This document shows positions 1 through 8,906 of a DNA stretch of 64,000 nt, one piece after another (positions within the stretch are counted from its first letter, which is position 1; the number at the start of each line of letters is the position of its first letter). The position numbers were made by a program, and so were the translations under genes. The stretch covers positions 2,118-66,117 of the forward strand of contig CAZTMK010000010.1 of NCBI GenBank assembly GCA_964615235.1. The letters run 5' to 3'. This DNA is from an uncultured Thermoplasmatales archaeon (lineage in GTDB: Archaea; Thermoplasmatota; E2; DHVEG-1). The notes beneath the pieces were generated by a model. It was given only the letters and a program-made list of their open reading frames with translations. It was not told the DNA's origin and made no database searches.

Positions 1-299
1 AGTAAACCAAACTTATCAAGCTCAACAATACAATCATTAAAAATTGAAATTCTTTCCAAATTAGATGTTGCATTATTCAATTCATTTCTGACTTCATCAA
101 ATAGTACATCTAACTTATCTGCATCTTCTCTTGTAACCGTTACTTCATGGCTATTGTATTTATCCAATCCGTAGAATTCAACTGCTAATTCAACCAGTTC
201 ATTCTGTTCGTAAATTGTCTCTACATCTGCATATAATGATGGTGCAAAAGCTAATGATACAAAAAGAGTAACAACCACAGTTGCCAAGATTTTCTTCAT
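1..299 (-). CDS. Secreted/membrane protein, N-terminal part only (runs off the window); paralog of 317..1189
   Basis: My reverse translation from the ATG at 299 gives MKKILATVVVTLFVSLAFAPSLYADVETIYEQNELVELAVEFYGLDKYNSHEVTVTREDADKLDVLF... This is collinear with the N-terminus of the next ORF (AFAPSFYADVETINEQNELIELTVEFYGLDKTDSHQVTVTREDSDKLDSLF). Confidence 0.55.
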   Translation of the reverse strand, partial: MKKILATVVVTLFVSLAFAPSLYADVETIYEQNELVELAVEFYGLDKYNSHEVTVTREDADKLDVLFDEVRNELNNATSNLERISIFNDCIVELDKFGL

Positions 300-316
300 T
301 ACAAATCCCCCAATTG

Positions 317-1189
317 CTAATTAATTTGTTTTAAATTTACAGCATTAGCAAATCCAAAATATTTTGCTACACCAGACACATCACAAATGTGTATACCAGT
401 AAAACCAATAACACCACTGTAACGAGTAGACAATAATGTAGATATCGGAATGAAATAACCTATTATTTTACCCTGCCATTCTTTATATCCTAATAATCCC
501 AATGTCTTTACCCATCCACTTGAATAATAATCCATTCTAGTTAATCCTACTGTCTGTCCATATGTTATTGTATTATAAATTGAAAATGGATATTTGAAAT
601 GTATTATACTCTGAATTATTATAGGAAACGTCATTAGAAAGATTATAGGTATTACGTCAAATATATCTTTTATAAAAACTAAGAAATATAAGGTCCTAGC
701 TATGAGACTATTGATAGGTCCTGTAAAGTCATTTTCAGTTGTTTCACCTGATATAAGGCACAAAAAATTTAGATTTTCCAGTTCAATTTCAGTATTACGG
801 TAAGTGTTAAAAAGTTCATTGAATTCTTTATAATAGAAACCACCAGTAACCAGTTTTTTTGCTTCATCAACACTTAAATCACCAAGCAAACCGAGTTTAT
901 TCAATTCATCAATTGCCCATTCATAAATAATAATCGTTTCTTCAATGGAATTGGTTTCATTTAGTTTATTTTTAAATTCATTAAATAAAGAATCTAATTT
1001 ATCTGAATCTTCTCTTGTTACTGTTACTTGATGACTATCTGTTTTATCCAAACCATAGAATTCAACAGTTAATTCAATCAATTCATTTTGTTCGTTAATT
1101 GTTTCCACATCTGCATAAAAAGATGGTGCAAATGCAACTCCGATGAATAGAAGGACAATTCCAAAGGTTAATGTTTTCCTCATAATCAT
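317..1189 (-). CDS. Hypothetical membrane protein with N-terminal signal/anchor and hydrophobic C-terminal half
   Basis: 290-aa ORF with a hydrophobic N-terminus (LTFGIVLLFIGVAFAP) and C-terminal hydrophobic stretches. A tandem paralog lies at 1..299. Confidence 0.55.
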   Translation of the reverse strand: MIMRKTLTFGIVLLFIGVAFAPSFYADVETINEQNELIELTVEFYGLDKTDSHQVTVTREDSDKLDSLFNEFKNKLNETNSIEETIIIYEWAIDELNKLGLLGDLSVDEAKKLVTGGFYYKEFNELFNTYRNTEIELENLNFLCLISGETTENDFTGPINSLIARTLYFLVFIKDIFDVIPIIFLMTFPIIIQSIIHFKYPFSIYNTITYGQTVGLTRMDYYSSGWVKTLGLLGYKEWQGKIIGYFIPISTLLSTRYSGVIGFTGIHICDVSGVAKYFGFANAVNLKQIN

Positions 1190-2172
1190 ACCTCTGGAAC
1201 AGGAATGTCATATGGTTCTTGCGCTGGATGCCAGTCGAAAGTTAAGCAATGAATTATTCTATTATTATAACCCCATATCGGTCTTGGTAAAAAATTTGGC
1301 CAATTAGACCAATAATTTTTATTCCAATTGGTATAATATGAGTCCCTAAAACAATAGGATTTAACGGATACATACATATTATTATATATAATTTCAGTGT
1401 GATTACTAAAATAAGTAAGTAAAAGATATCCATTGATATAATTGCTGTAAAAAATATTATCACACGAATATAGCAACTGTGTACCACCATGGATGTAATT
1501 ATTGATGATACTATTATTTTCTGAGTACCATAATTCCAAAGCATCAATAGAATTGGAGGTTAGTACGTTACTTATAACATAACTCTGTGAACAATTATTA
1601 AAACTGACACCCACCCCATTTCTTTCTGCAATATTATTATAAATATTATTATTTTGACCTGATATAATAGACATACCCTCCCATGTGTTATTAGTGAGAT
1701 AATTACCTGCAATTATATTGTTTGAAGAACGATACAGATCAATACCAATTTGATTATCTTTAATAATATTATTTTCAACAAAACAGTTCTGAACATTTCT
1801 AAGTTCTATACCTATCTTTAAACCTCCACCAGCATTTCTAATGGTAAATCTATTGATTTCAACATTATCAGCATATACAGTAATTACATCCACAGACCCA
1901 CGACCATCAATGATAGTATTATTTTTATTTTCACCAATTAAATTTATAGATTTTTTTATTTTAACATTTCCATAATATATACCATTATAAACAAAGATTG
2001 TATCTCCATCGTTTGCATTATTAATTGCTTCTTGAATACTTTTATAGTTGGCCGACCAACCATCATCGTCCACTGTAATGAGCTTAGACCCCATTTCTTG
2101 TTTACCTGCTATATTGAATGATAGACTTAACAGTAGCAGAATAAAAACACCAGTTGCTAAGATTTTCTTCAT
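1186..2172 (-). CDS. Secreted right-handed parallel beta-helix repeat protein (NosD/PbH1-like)
   Basis: Signal peptide MKKILATGVFILLLLSL. Start module YKSIQEAINNANDGDTIFVYNGIYYGNVKIKKSINLIGE, followed by repeated N-x-I/V-x-x-N turns typical of PbH1 repeats. 4-nt overlap with the downstream ORF. Confidence 0.7.
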   Translation of the reverse strand: MKKILATGVFILLLLSLSFNIAGKQEMGSKLITVDDDGWSANYKSIQEAINNANDGDTIFVYNGIYYGNVKIKKSINLIGENKNNTIIDGRGSVDVITVYADNVEINRFTIRNAGGGLKIGIELRNVQNCFVENNIIKDNQIGIDLYRSSNNIIAGNYLTNNTWEGMSIISGQNNNIYNNIAERNGVGVSFNNCSQSYVISNVLTSNSIDALELWYSENNSIINNYIHGGTQLLYSCDNIFYSNYINGYLLLTYFSNHTEIIYNNMYVSVKSYCFRDSYYTNWNKNYWSNWPNFLPRPIWGYNNRIIHCLTFDWHPAQEPYDIPVPEV

Positions 2173-2299
2173 ATTTTCCTCCTATAATAGTAATAAAATT
2201 GACCTATATTAATATTATTGTAGAAATAGATTTAGTTTTAATTTTTATTTTTTACAACCATCAGAATCCCCTACCTAACCTAATTCAAATCAATATCAA

Positions 2300-2421
2300 A
2301 AGTGGCAAATAGGAGAGATTATCGGCTTCCTTCGGAAGTGAGCGGTCTTAGATTCGTTGATACGGATTTTCGACCTTCATTGTCGGCTACCGCCGAGCCT
2401 CACTTACTCCTCTTGCCACTT
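2300..2421. ncRNA. Candidate structured RNA or DNA element of unknown class (GC-rich, multi-helix); strand undetermined
   Basis: Closing helix AAGTGGCAA (2300-2308) / TTGCCACTT (2413-2421), then AGGAG (2311-2315) / CTCCT (2407-2411). Internal hairpins: CTTCC-TTC-GGAAG (2326-2338), GATTCG/CGGATT (2351-2368, with G-U pairs) and CGGC-TACC-GCCG (2384-2395). It stands out as a GC-rich patch in an AT-rich spacer. Confidence 0.35.
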
Positions 2422-2591
2422 ATTTAATATTCTCAGAATTTTTCTTCCAATCCAACTAAAATACACTTACCAGTTTAATATCTAAGTAATAGAACAACCA
2501 ATTCAACTAACATAAAGTAATAAACATCTCATTTATTTTATCTATCAAAAGATATTAAACCAATAAATACAATCAATTTTAGGGAAAAATA

Positions 2592-2617
2592 ATGGGATAA
2601 GTATTTTACTATCCCAT
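2592..2617. repeat. Perfect 8-bp inverted repeat (ATGGGATA ... TATCCCAT) with a 10-nt loop, just downstream of the Rep-like ORF stop
   Basis: Read directly from the sequence. It could be a terminator-like hairpin or an origin/nick-site hairpin. Confidence 0.6.
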
Positions 2618-2655
2618 ATCCACAATACAATAGACTATGGACTCTAAAAAATAAG

Positions 2656-3411
2656 TTAATCCATCCATACAAAATCACTTCCATCATAAACTCTTGAAAT
2701 TGCTTCACCTAACGTAAGTTGCTCATAAAAATTATCATACTCAGTATTATGCCAAAAATGTATAAATGCAAAGTCAAACAGACCAATTTCAATATGCCAT
2801 CTCCAAACTCTCTTTGCTTCTTTATACTTCCCTAAATAACCTCTAAAACACCAATTGGCACTATTATTAAACTTGATATATTCAGACTGACCAGCAACAT
2901 ACTGATTAACACAATATTTGCCTAGACCCTTTTTATCGTAAATATTTCTTTTACATTGTTTAATCCAAACAGACCTCTCAAACAAATTCTTATCACCAAT
3001 AATATCAGTCCATCTTTCATACAGCCAGTTCTGAGGAATGTACCTTCCAAAAAACAAAACATGGAGAACTCCTTTAGCACCTTCAGAAGTAAAAACCTTC
3101 AGATATTCAAAAGGAAAACGCTTATTCCAGTCGATACCATCTCCATAATAATATAGAGCTTGTTTTTTTGTAATATATCCCTTTTCTATAAGATAATTTA
3201 CACTCAAATTCTCAACAATCGATTTTCTCAACTTAATAAAACACTTGTTTATATCATCCTGTTTGCTATTTGGAGACATTCCCAAAGTCAAAAATCTAAG
3301 CCTTCTACGACCATGTCTGTCCAATCCAGACATTATCCTTTGGTAGCACCTTCTCTGCTTCTGAGACCATGGTACAAACTTGTTTTTAGCCAGAATACAT
3401 CCCTCCTTCAC
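2656..3411 (-). CDS. Hypothetical protein with weak resemblance to rolling-circle (HUH-type) replication initiators
   Basis: 251-aa ORF. RFLTLGM resembles Rep motif 1 (FLTLT). GVLHVLFFG only partly resembles motif 2, having a single His. GKYCVNQYVAGQSEY supplies candidate catalytic Tyr residues. The functional call is tentative. Confidence 0.35.
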   Translation of the reverse strand: MKEGCILAKNKFVPWSQKQRRCYQRIMSGLDRHGRRRLRFLTLGMSPNSKQDDINKCFIKLRKSIVENLSVNYLIEKGYITKKQALYYYGDGIDWNKRFPFEYLKVFTSEGAKGVLHVLFFGRYIPQNWLYERWTDIIGDKNLFERSVWIKQCKRNIYDKKGLGKYCVNQYVAGQSEYIKFNNSANWCFRGYLGKYKEAKRVWRWHIEIGLFDFAFIHFWHNTEYDNFYEQLTLGEAISRVYDGSDFVWMD

Positions 3412-3701
3412 AACGACACTTGTACGGGATATAAACTAGCATAAGGGAAATAGGGGCAAATTTAGTCAAACACTTTAAGTCTTTTTTAATCACATTGAAA
3501 TCAATCTTTTCTTCTGCTATAATGCCTCTAAAAATAAAACTTCAAAATGCAAAATCATTAATTATAAATAGTAAAAAATTATTCTTAGATAAAAACAATA
3601 TTTGGGTATAGTTTTTTTGGTTAATAACTCTTATGAAAAGTAAAAGTTAACTTAGGCGAAATACATTTAAAAGTAATATATATAGTGGGGAATGGTGGGC
3701 A

Positions 3702-4922
3702 ATGGTTAATCTTGAACGTCTTTACTCAGATAGAGCAGGAAAAATGAAGAAGTCCGTAATCAGGGAACTGCTCAAAGTAACCCAGGACCCCGAAATCATT
3801 TCTTTTGCTGGAGGACTTCCAAATCCTGATTCATTTCCAATAAATGACCTTGGGGGAATAATATCTCAAGTTATGAGCAAATATGGCAAGAAAGCTCTTC
3901 AATACGGTACAACCAAAGGGTTAAAAGAATTAAGAGATACTCTTGCTGAACGATCATACAAAGATGGGATAAAAAATGTAACCGGTGAAAATATAATTAT
4001 TACGAGTGGGTCTCAACAAGCCCTAGACTCGATTGGTAAGTTATTTTTAAATCCAGGCGACACAGCACTGGTTGGTTTACCAACCTACTTGGGTGGAATT
4101 AATGCTTTTAGAAGTTATGAATGCAATCTGGAGGGTGTTCAGTTAGACAAAGATGGTATGAGAATAGATATCCTAGAAGAAAGGATAAAAGAATTACTTA
4201 AGGAGAATTACATTCCTAAGTTCATCTATACCGTACCAACATTTCAAAATCCAGCCGGTGTAATAATGCCTGAGTCAAGTCGTAAAAAAATTGTAGATAT
4301 CGCAAATGAGTACGACTTGCTAATTATTGAGGATGACCCTTATGGAAAATTGAATTATGATGCTTCACATGTCAAGCCTATAAAGGCATTTGACGATGAA
4401 GGTCGTGTTATATATTTGTCAACATTTTCAAAGATACTATCACCAGGTTTTCGGCTTGCCTGGACAATAGCATCCGAAGAACTTGCAAGGAAAATCGAGA
4501 TTTGCAAACAAGCACTTGATTTATGCACAAATACCTTTACACAATACATTGCGTGTGAGTTTATGAGGCAAGGTTCCCTTGATTTGCACATAATGAAAAT
4601 CAACGAGATGTATAAGCCAAAAAGAGATTTAATGATGGAAAAAATGGAGCAATATTTCCCTGAGGGATATGTTTGCAATAAACCAAAAGGTGGTATGTTT
4701 GCATGGGTAACTCTACCCAAGGGAATAGACACAGAAATTATGTTTCTTGAGGCAATTAAACACAAGGTGGCATATGTTCACGGGAAAGCTTTTCATGTCG
4801 ATGGTGGCGGTGAGCGCTCGATGCGGTTAAATTTCTCTTATTCCACAAACCAGCAGATAGAAGAAGGTATGAAAAGACTGGGGAAAGTTATTGAAAAAAA
4901 ACTTAGAACCATAGTTGCATAA
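3702..4922 (+). CDS. PLP-dependent aminotransferase, class I/II (2-aminoadipate / aromatic aminotransferase-like)
   Basis: 406 aa. SFAGGLPNP, LQYGTTKG and the PLP-lysine motif STFSKILSPGFRLAW. A paralog lies at 33645..34925. Confidence 0.85.
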   Translation: MVNLERLYSDRAGKMKKSVIRELLKVTQDPEIISFAGGLPNPDSFPINDLGGIISQVMSKYGKKALQYGTTKGLKELRDTLAERSYKDGIKNVTGENIIITSGSQQALDSIGKLFLNPGDTALVGLPTYLGGINAFRSYECNLEGVQLDKDGMRIDILEERIKELLKENYIPKFIYTVPTFQNPAGVIMPESSRKKIVDIANEYDLLIIEDDPYGKLNYDASHVKPIKAFDDEGRVIYLSTFSKILSPGFRLAWTIASEELARKIEICKQALDLCTNTFTQYIACEFMRQGSLDLHIMKINEMYKPKRDLMMEKMEQYFPEGYVCNKPKGGMFAWVTLPKGIDTEIMFLEAIKHKVAYVHGKAFHVDGGGERSMRLNFSYSTNQQIEEGMKRLGKVIEKKLRTIVA

Positions 4923-4937
4923 TTTTTACCAAATAAA

Positions 4938-6542
4938 ATGCAAAAAAAACCCATTTTTATTGCTTATGCGATTTGTGTGGTTTTTGTAATAAATATATTC
5001 TCTGGTTGTATAATGGAAGATTTGATTTTTGGAACTAGCTTTACACTGGATTCCTGGGAAATAATTGACTGCGAGGGTTTTCCAGCAATAAATTTGTCCT
5101 TTACTGCTTCCAACACCGTTTATATCAAAAGCTACGATACTTATGGACAAATTATAGATGAAGATATTGTATTTCTTGGCCGCAATACAACATTTCTAAA
5201 TTTGGCATCATATCGGGAGACCATTTATTCCGGACCTTATACTTTAAAGGCTTTAGATAGAGATGAAAAAATAATTTTTGAAAAAGGTTTCACCTTTGAA
5301 GGCCCTAAACTTTCATTAATTAACTATAATCAATATTGGTGGCAACCTGACATATGGAAAGAAGATTTTGTCCTTGCGGCAATAACATTTGATGTAATAA
5401 ATAATGGCGATACGCCAGCTTATCCTTTTACAATTGAATTTCCTGAGATAGTTAATGCAAAAGATGGAATTGTTATTCCAACCGTAATTTTACCCGGCCA
5501 AATAAAACAGATATCATGTTACACTTATCAGGAAAATGTAGTTGATAATTCATCAATAAAAATTACGCTTAAGGATAGATCTGGAAACATTTTGTGTAAC
5601 GATTCAATTATAAACAGTCAGGAAAATAAGGTTTCTTCTAGGCAATTTCAATGGTTTTTTAATGGGCGTCAAAATAGACTTAGTATCCCATATATTGATT
5701 TACTACATGATTATTATTATGGACTTGAACGTACTCTTTTAGAAGATTACGCTCTTTATGTATTTGATAACTTAGACGATGAATTTATTGATCTTATGGT
5801 AGATAGATTACTTTATGGAAAATCGTTTGATGAAGATATTGACAAGATAAACTTCGTTGCATCTTTTGTTCAGAATTTAGATTATATATCTGATGCAGAG
5901 ATAGGGGAAGAAGTTGAATATCCACGTTATCCTGTCGAGACCTTATATGAAGGGGAAGTTGGGGGAGGGGATTGCGAGGACAAAGCAATTCTTACTGCAA
6001 ACATTCTTTACAATATGGGTTATGATGTAGCACTATTACGTTTAACTAACCATATGGCTGTGGGAGTAAATATCGAAAAAAATTTGTCTGCTTACCATAG
6101 ATATGTAGACAATTATTATTTTTTGGAGACTACAACCAAATATAAACAACTTGGTTATATTCCTCCAGAATATAAAAATGATAAAAATTTGACAGTCTTT
6201 CCATTAAATTTTAGATCTTTAATTTATCATCAATGGGAAAATGGAACCATTTCGATTTTTAGAAATACATTTCTTGGTGATTTTGTAAGAGTAAAGATTT
6301 ATGTAAAAAATATCGGTATTGCCTCTGCTGAAAATGTTATTGTTACGGCTGGATTTTTTTCTGAATCCGGTACGGAATTCAATGCAAAAAGTAAGATAAT
6401 TAATATCCTAGATCCTCAAAAAGTAGAAAAAATCATGCTTATTTGTACTATGCCAGACGATGTTACTACAGTTTTCAAGTCTAGGGTTATTATTGATGGA
6501 GAAATTGTTGACGAACAACAATCTTCATCTACTTTTTCCTAA
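4938..6542 (+). CDS. Secreted/lipoprotein with a transglutaminase-like cysteine protease core
   Basis: N-terminal hydrophobic segment ending in SGC (lipobox-like). GGGDCEDKAILTANILYNMGYDVALLRLTNHMAVGV fits the Cys...His core of the transglutaminase-like fold. Confidence 0.55.
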   Translation: MQKKPIFIAYAICVVFVINIFSGCIMEDLIFGTSFTLDSWEIIDCEGFPAINLSFTASNTVYIKSYDTYGQIIDEDIVFLGRNTTFLNLASYRETIYSGPYTLKALDRDEKIIFEKGFTFEGPKLSLINYNQYWWQPDIWKEDFVLAAITFDVINNGDTPAYPFTIEFPEIVNAKDGIVIPTVILPGQIKQISCYTYQENVVDNSSIKITLKDRSGNILCNDSIINSQENKVSSRQFQWFFNGRQNRLSIPYIDLLHDYYYGLERTLLEDYALYVFDNLDDEFIDLMVDRLLYGKSFDEDIDKINFVASFVQNLDYISDAEIGEEVEYPRYPVETLYEGEVGGGDCEDKAILTANILYNMGYDVALLRLTNHMAVGVNIEKNLSAYHRYVDNYYFLETTTKYKQLGYIPPEYKNDKNLTVFPLNFRSLIYHQWENGTISIFRNTFLGDFVRVKIYVKNIGIASAENVIVTAGFFSESGTEFNAKSKIINILDPQKVEKIMLICTMPDDVTTVFKSRVIIDGEIVDEQQSSSTFS

Positions 6543-6729
6543 GTTGGAGATAGACTCATCTTTTTAAAATCCGAATTATTTCCGATTTTTGAATCATATT
6601 TTTTGTTTTATATGTTGATACTTTATATTCTAAATGATATCCTCCAGCAAAACAAATAGATAAAAAAGTCGTTGCTTTAATTTATGCCATCGCGGAAATT
6701 GCAGTGTTAACTATCTACTGGTCCAATCT

Positions 6730-6924
6730 CTATTTGCTTTTCCTGTAATTATTAAAAAATCCAATTGCTGCTATCGCAAAGAAAACAGTAGTTGCAGAAT
6801 AAATGACAATTCCAATATAATCGTCAGATAATCTTCCGATATATCTTATCGTTCCATAAAGTTGAAATATAAAACCTATAGCAAAGCAAATAGCTCCAAC
6901 CAACCAGCTTTTTGATCTTTCCAT
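6730..6924 (-). CDS. Small two-TM membrane protein (hypothetical)
   Basis: 64-aa ORF with two hydrophobic helices. There is no other support. Confidence 0.3.
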   Translation of the reverse strand: MERSKSWLVGAICFAIGFIFQLYGTIRYIGRLSDDYIGIVIYSATTVFFAIAAIGFFNNYRKSK

Positions 6925-7172
6925 GACACCAGTATTACTTCTTTGGATTTAAAGTATCCCAGATCAATCAGAGTAAATCGTAAAGTATGAATTTTGATGT
7001 TTAAAACGGTTCTCAAAAGTTAATATAATAATACCATGATATTTAAAAAAAGGTTTAATGAGAGATTTTTCAAAGAAATTTAAGTTAACAAAATGTTAAA
7101 AAACGTTTTCAATTCTTTTACAATTTAAACAAAAAGGCGGGAGTTAATTGACAATTTTGAAAACACATGTCG

Positions 7173-8906
7173 TCAACCTCCTGGGTCAATTTTCAATATC
7201 AGTTTACGGAAATATTTGGATTTCACCAGATGAGTGTCGCCAACTTTATTGTGGAGTTCGACCTGTACAATTATGTCGATTAGTATCCACAAATCGTACA
7301 AAATAACAGAGAAAAAGAAATAGAACAGCCTTATCCGGAAATCCCGTGAAGTGGTGCGAAGACCAAAAGTACGCTTAACAATTCTGTAGGACGTTTCGAT
7401 TCCCCATCGCTTCCTGTAGAGGGAACTAATCATTTTGACGGATCCCTTCATGTCATCATTGTTTTGGGGAAGATTAGTAGCAAAGCAGAATGTCATTTCC
7501 TCACCGTGACGGTTGATTCCCTCGTCGATAACGAGATTGTGTGTAATGCCTTTCATTTTATAATTGTCAACATAATAGGGAGCTGGTGTTTCTTCAATCA
7601 TTTTTTTGATGCGACTGTTCTTAGGACATCCTATTATGTAATTGAGTTTGAACTGATCGGCTATTATCTGAATAGTTTTTTCTGAGTAGAATCCCTTGTC
7701 GAGGAGTACAAGCCCGATCCTGACCCGTTGTCTGGCATAAGACAGCAGTTGTGTAAGTAACTTGTTTTGACTATCCAGTCTGGTAAATGGAATTGCCATA
7801 AGGGTAAAACGACGTCCGTTGTCGACTAAGTTGATTGTTATGTAACGATAGCAGGTCATAGGGCCATCACTGGTTTTGGTGGAGTGGGTACCCAGGGTGC
7901 TTCGCCTTCCGTAGAAGATTATATTGGTGCAATCGACCGCGGCGGTTACCCGTGTTTGTTTGAACAAGTCGAGCCTTCTTGCATGTTCCCAAATAACTTC
8001 CAGCAGCCTCAGAAAAAATTGTTGTATTTCTTCCAAGGATAATTTTTTCAGATGATGGAACATGGATTGCGCGTTCGGAGAGAGCCTTATAGGTTTGCTG
8101 CATCGAGGACAAATCACTTCGTTTTCAGGATTTTCTTCGCTGAATTGCAGGGCAAATGACGGTATGTATTTTTTGCATCTTGGGCATCTCACACCGATGT
8201 CTCGGATGTGTTCGCGGAGGGTTTCGGAACTATTTTCGGCGAAATTGTTTTCCTTTGCCATCTGTAACAGGAGATTCATATAGTGTCCTGTGTCGTAGAC
8301 ACAGTTCTGTCCGATTTTCAGGGTGATGAACGGCTGTATTCTTTTCCTGTAGAGTTTGATTATGTTTCTGGTCAACTCCTTTTTTCTGTGGGATTGGTTA
8401 CGTTTTTTTGAAATAGTTTTTCGTTTCTTTATCTTGGTATCTATAGTGTCCAGATGGATGTTTTTTTCGGCGGCAATTTTTTCGATTTTGCTGACGACAA
8501 TGTCAATCTTTTCCCTATCGGTTTGACTTAGCTTTTTTTTATAAAAGTAGGATATTGTTGTCTGATCTGGCGTCCTTGGAAGACCTAGTTTCTTACGTTC
8601 ATTCTTATGACTTCTCAAATATGTCTCAAGTTCTGACTGGTTTAATCCTTTGAGTTTCATAAACAAAATGCATTTGATCAGCGACTCTGATGTGAAATCT
8701 ACATTTCTATAGGTTACATGTAAAAATGGTTTAATTTTAAGTTTGCCAAGTATTTCGGCAATTATTTTTTTCTTGTTTGTGTTTGTTAGAAGAAAAGATT
8801 TTATAATCTCCTTTTCTATAGTAAATAAGGAGATATTTCGTTTGCTGCCCTGCATTCGATTTTCTCCAGCCAGGGTAGGAGGTCTACTCCTACCCCTGGC
8901 TAACAT
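7173..8906 (-). CDS. DDE transposase, IS4 family-like (YREK signature)
   Basis: Candidate catalytic triad contexts AAVDCTNIIFYG, VLLDKGFYSEK and LYRKRWGIETSYRIVK (Y-x2-R-x3-E-x6-K). CxxC...CxxC zinc-finger-like insert (CPRCKKY...CPRCSKP). An alternative start at 8855 (MQGSKRN) lies downstream of a strong hairpin. Confidence 0.85.
   Translation of the reverse strand: MLARGRSRPPTLAGENRMQGSKRNISLFTIEKEIIKSFLLTNTNKKKIIAEILGKLKIKPFLHVTYRNVDFTSESLIKCILFMKLKGLNQSELETYLRSHKNERKKLGLPRTPDQTTISYFYKKKLSQTDREKIDIVVSKIEKIAAEKNIHLDTIDTKIKKRKTISKKRNQSHRKKELTRNIIKLYRKRIQPFITLKIGQNCVYDTGHYMNLLLQMAKENNFAENSSETLREHIRDIGVRCPRCKKYIPSFALQFSEENPENEVICPRCSKPIRLSPNAQSMFHHLKKLSLEEIQQFFLRLLEVIWEHARRLDLFKQTRVTAAVDCTNIIFYGRRSTLGTHSTKTSDGPMTCYRYITINLVDNGRRFTLMAIPFTRLDSQNKLLTQLLSYARQRVRIGLVLLDKGFYSEKTIQIIADQFKLNYIIGCPKNSRIKKMIEETPAPYYVDNYKMKGITHNLVIDEGINRHGEEMTFCFATNLPQNNDDMKGSVKMISSLYRKRWGIETSYRIVKRTFGLRTTSRDFRIRLFYFFFSVILYDLWILIDIIVQVELHNKVGDTHLVKSKYFRKLILKIDPGG
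8869..8900. repeat. GC-rich inverted repeat (13-bp stem, one bulge, 5-nt loop) at the 5' end of the transposase transcript
   Basis: GCCAGGGTAGGAG-GTCTA-CTCCTACCCCTGGC, read directly. It lies between the two candidate start codons at 8906 and 8855. Confidence 0.6.

Noticed and set aside
1254-1547. Nested or antisense short ORFs inside confidently assigned genes: 1254..1547, 4355..4765, 7464..8283, 15963..16195, 17381..18173, 38540..39291, 43421..43666 and others in the track
   Set aside because: They overlap longer ORFs that have clear family motifs, and their own composition is biased or low-complexity. I treat them as shadow ORFs.
2270-2285. Shared CCTAACCTAA motif upstream of two secreted beta-helix/peptidase genes (also at about 33421-33431)
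   Set aside because: A single 10-mer shared at different distances from the starts (about 100 nt versus about 35 nt) is expected by chance in 64 kb of AT-rich DNA. It is also absent upstream of the third beta-helix gene.
2300-2421. Interpretation of the GC-rich element as a tRNA, tRNA fragment (att site) or known riboswitch
   Set aside because: It has no T-loop (GTTCRAATC-like), no cloverleaf, no TPP, fluoride or cobalamin core motif that I can recognise, and no similarity to the tRNA-Phe in the window. It is kept only as an unassigned element.
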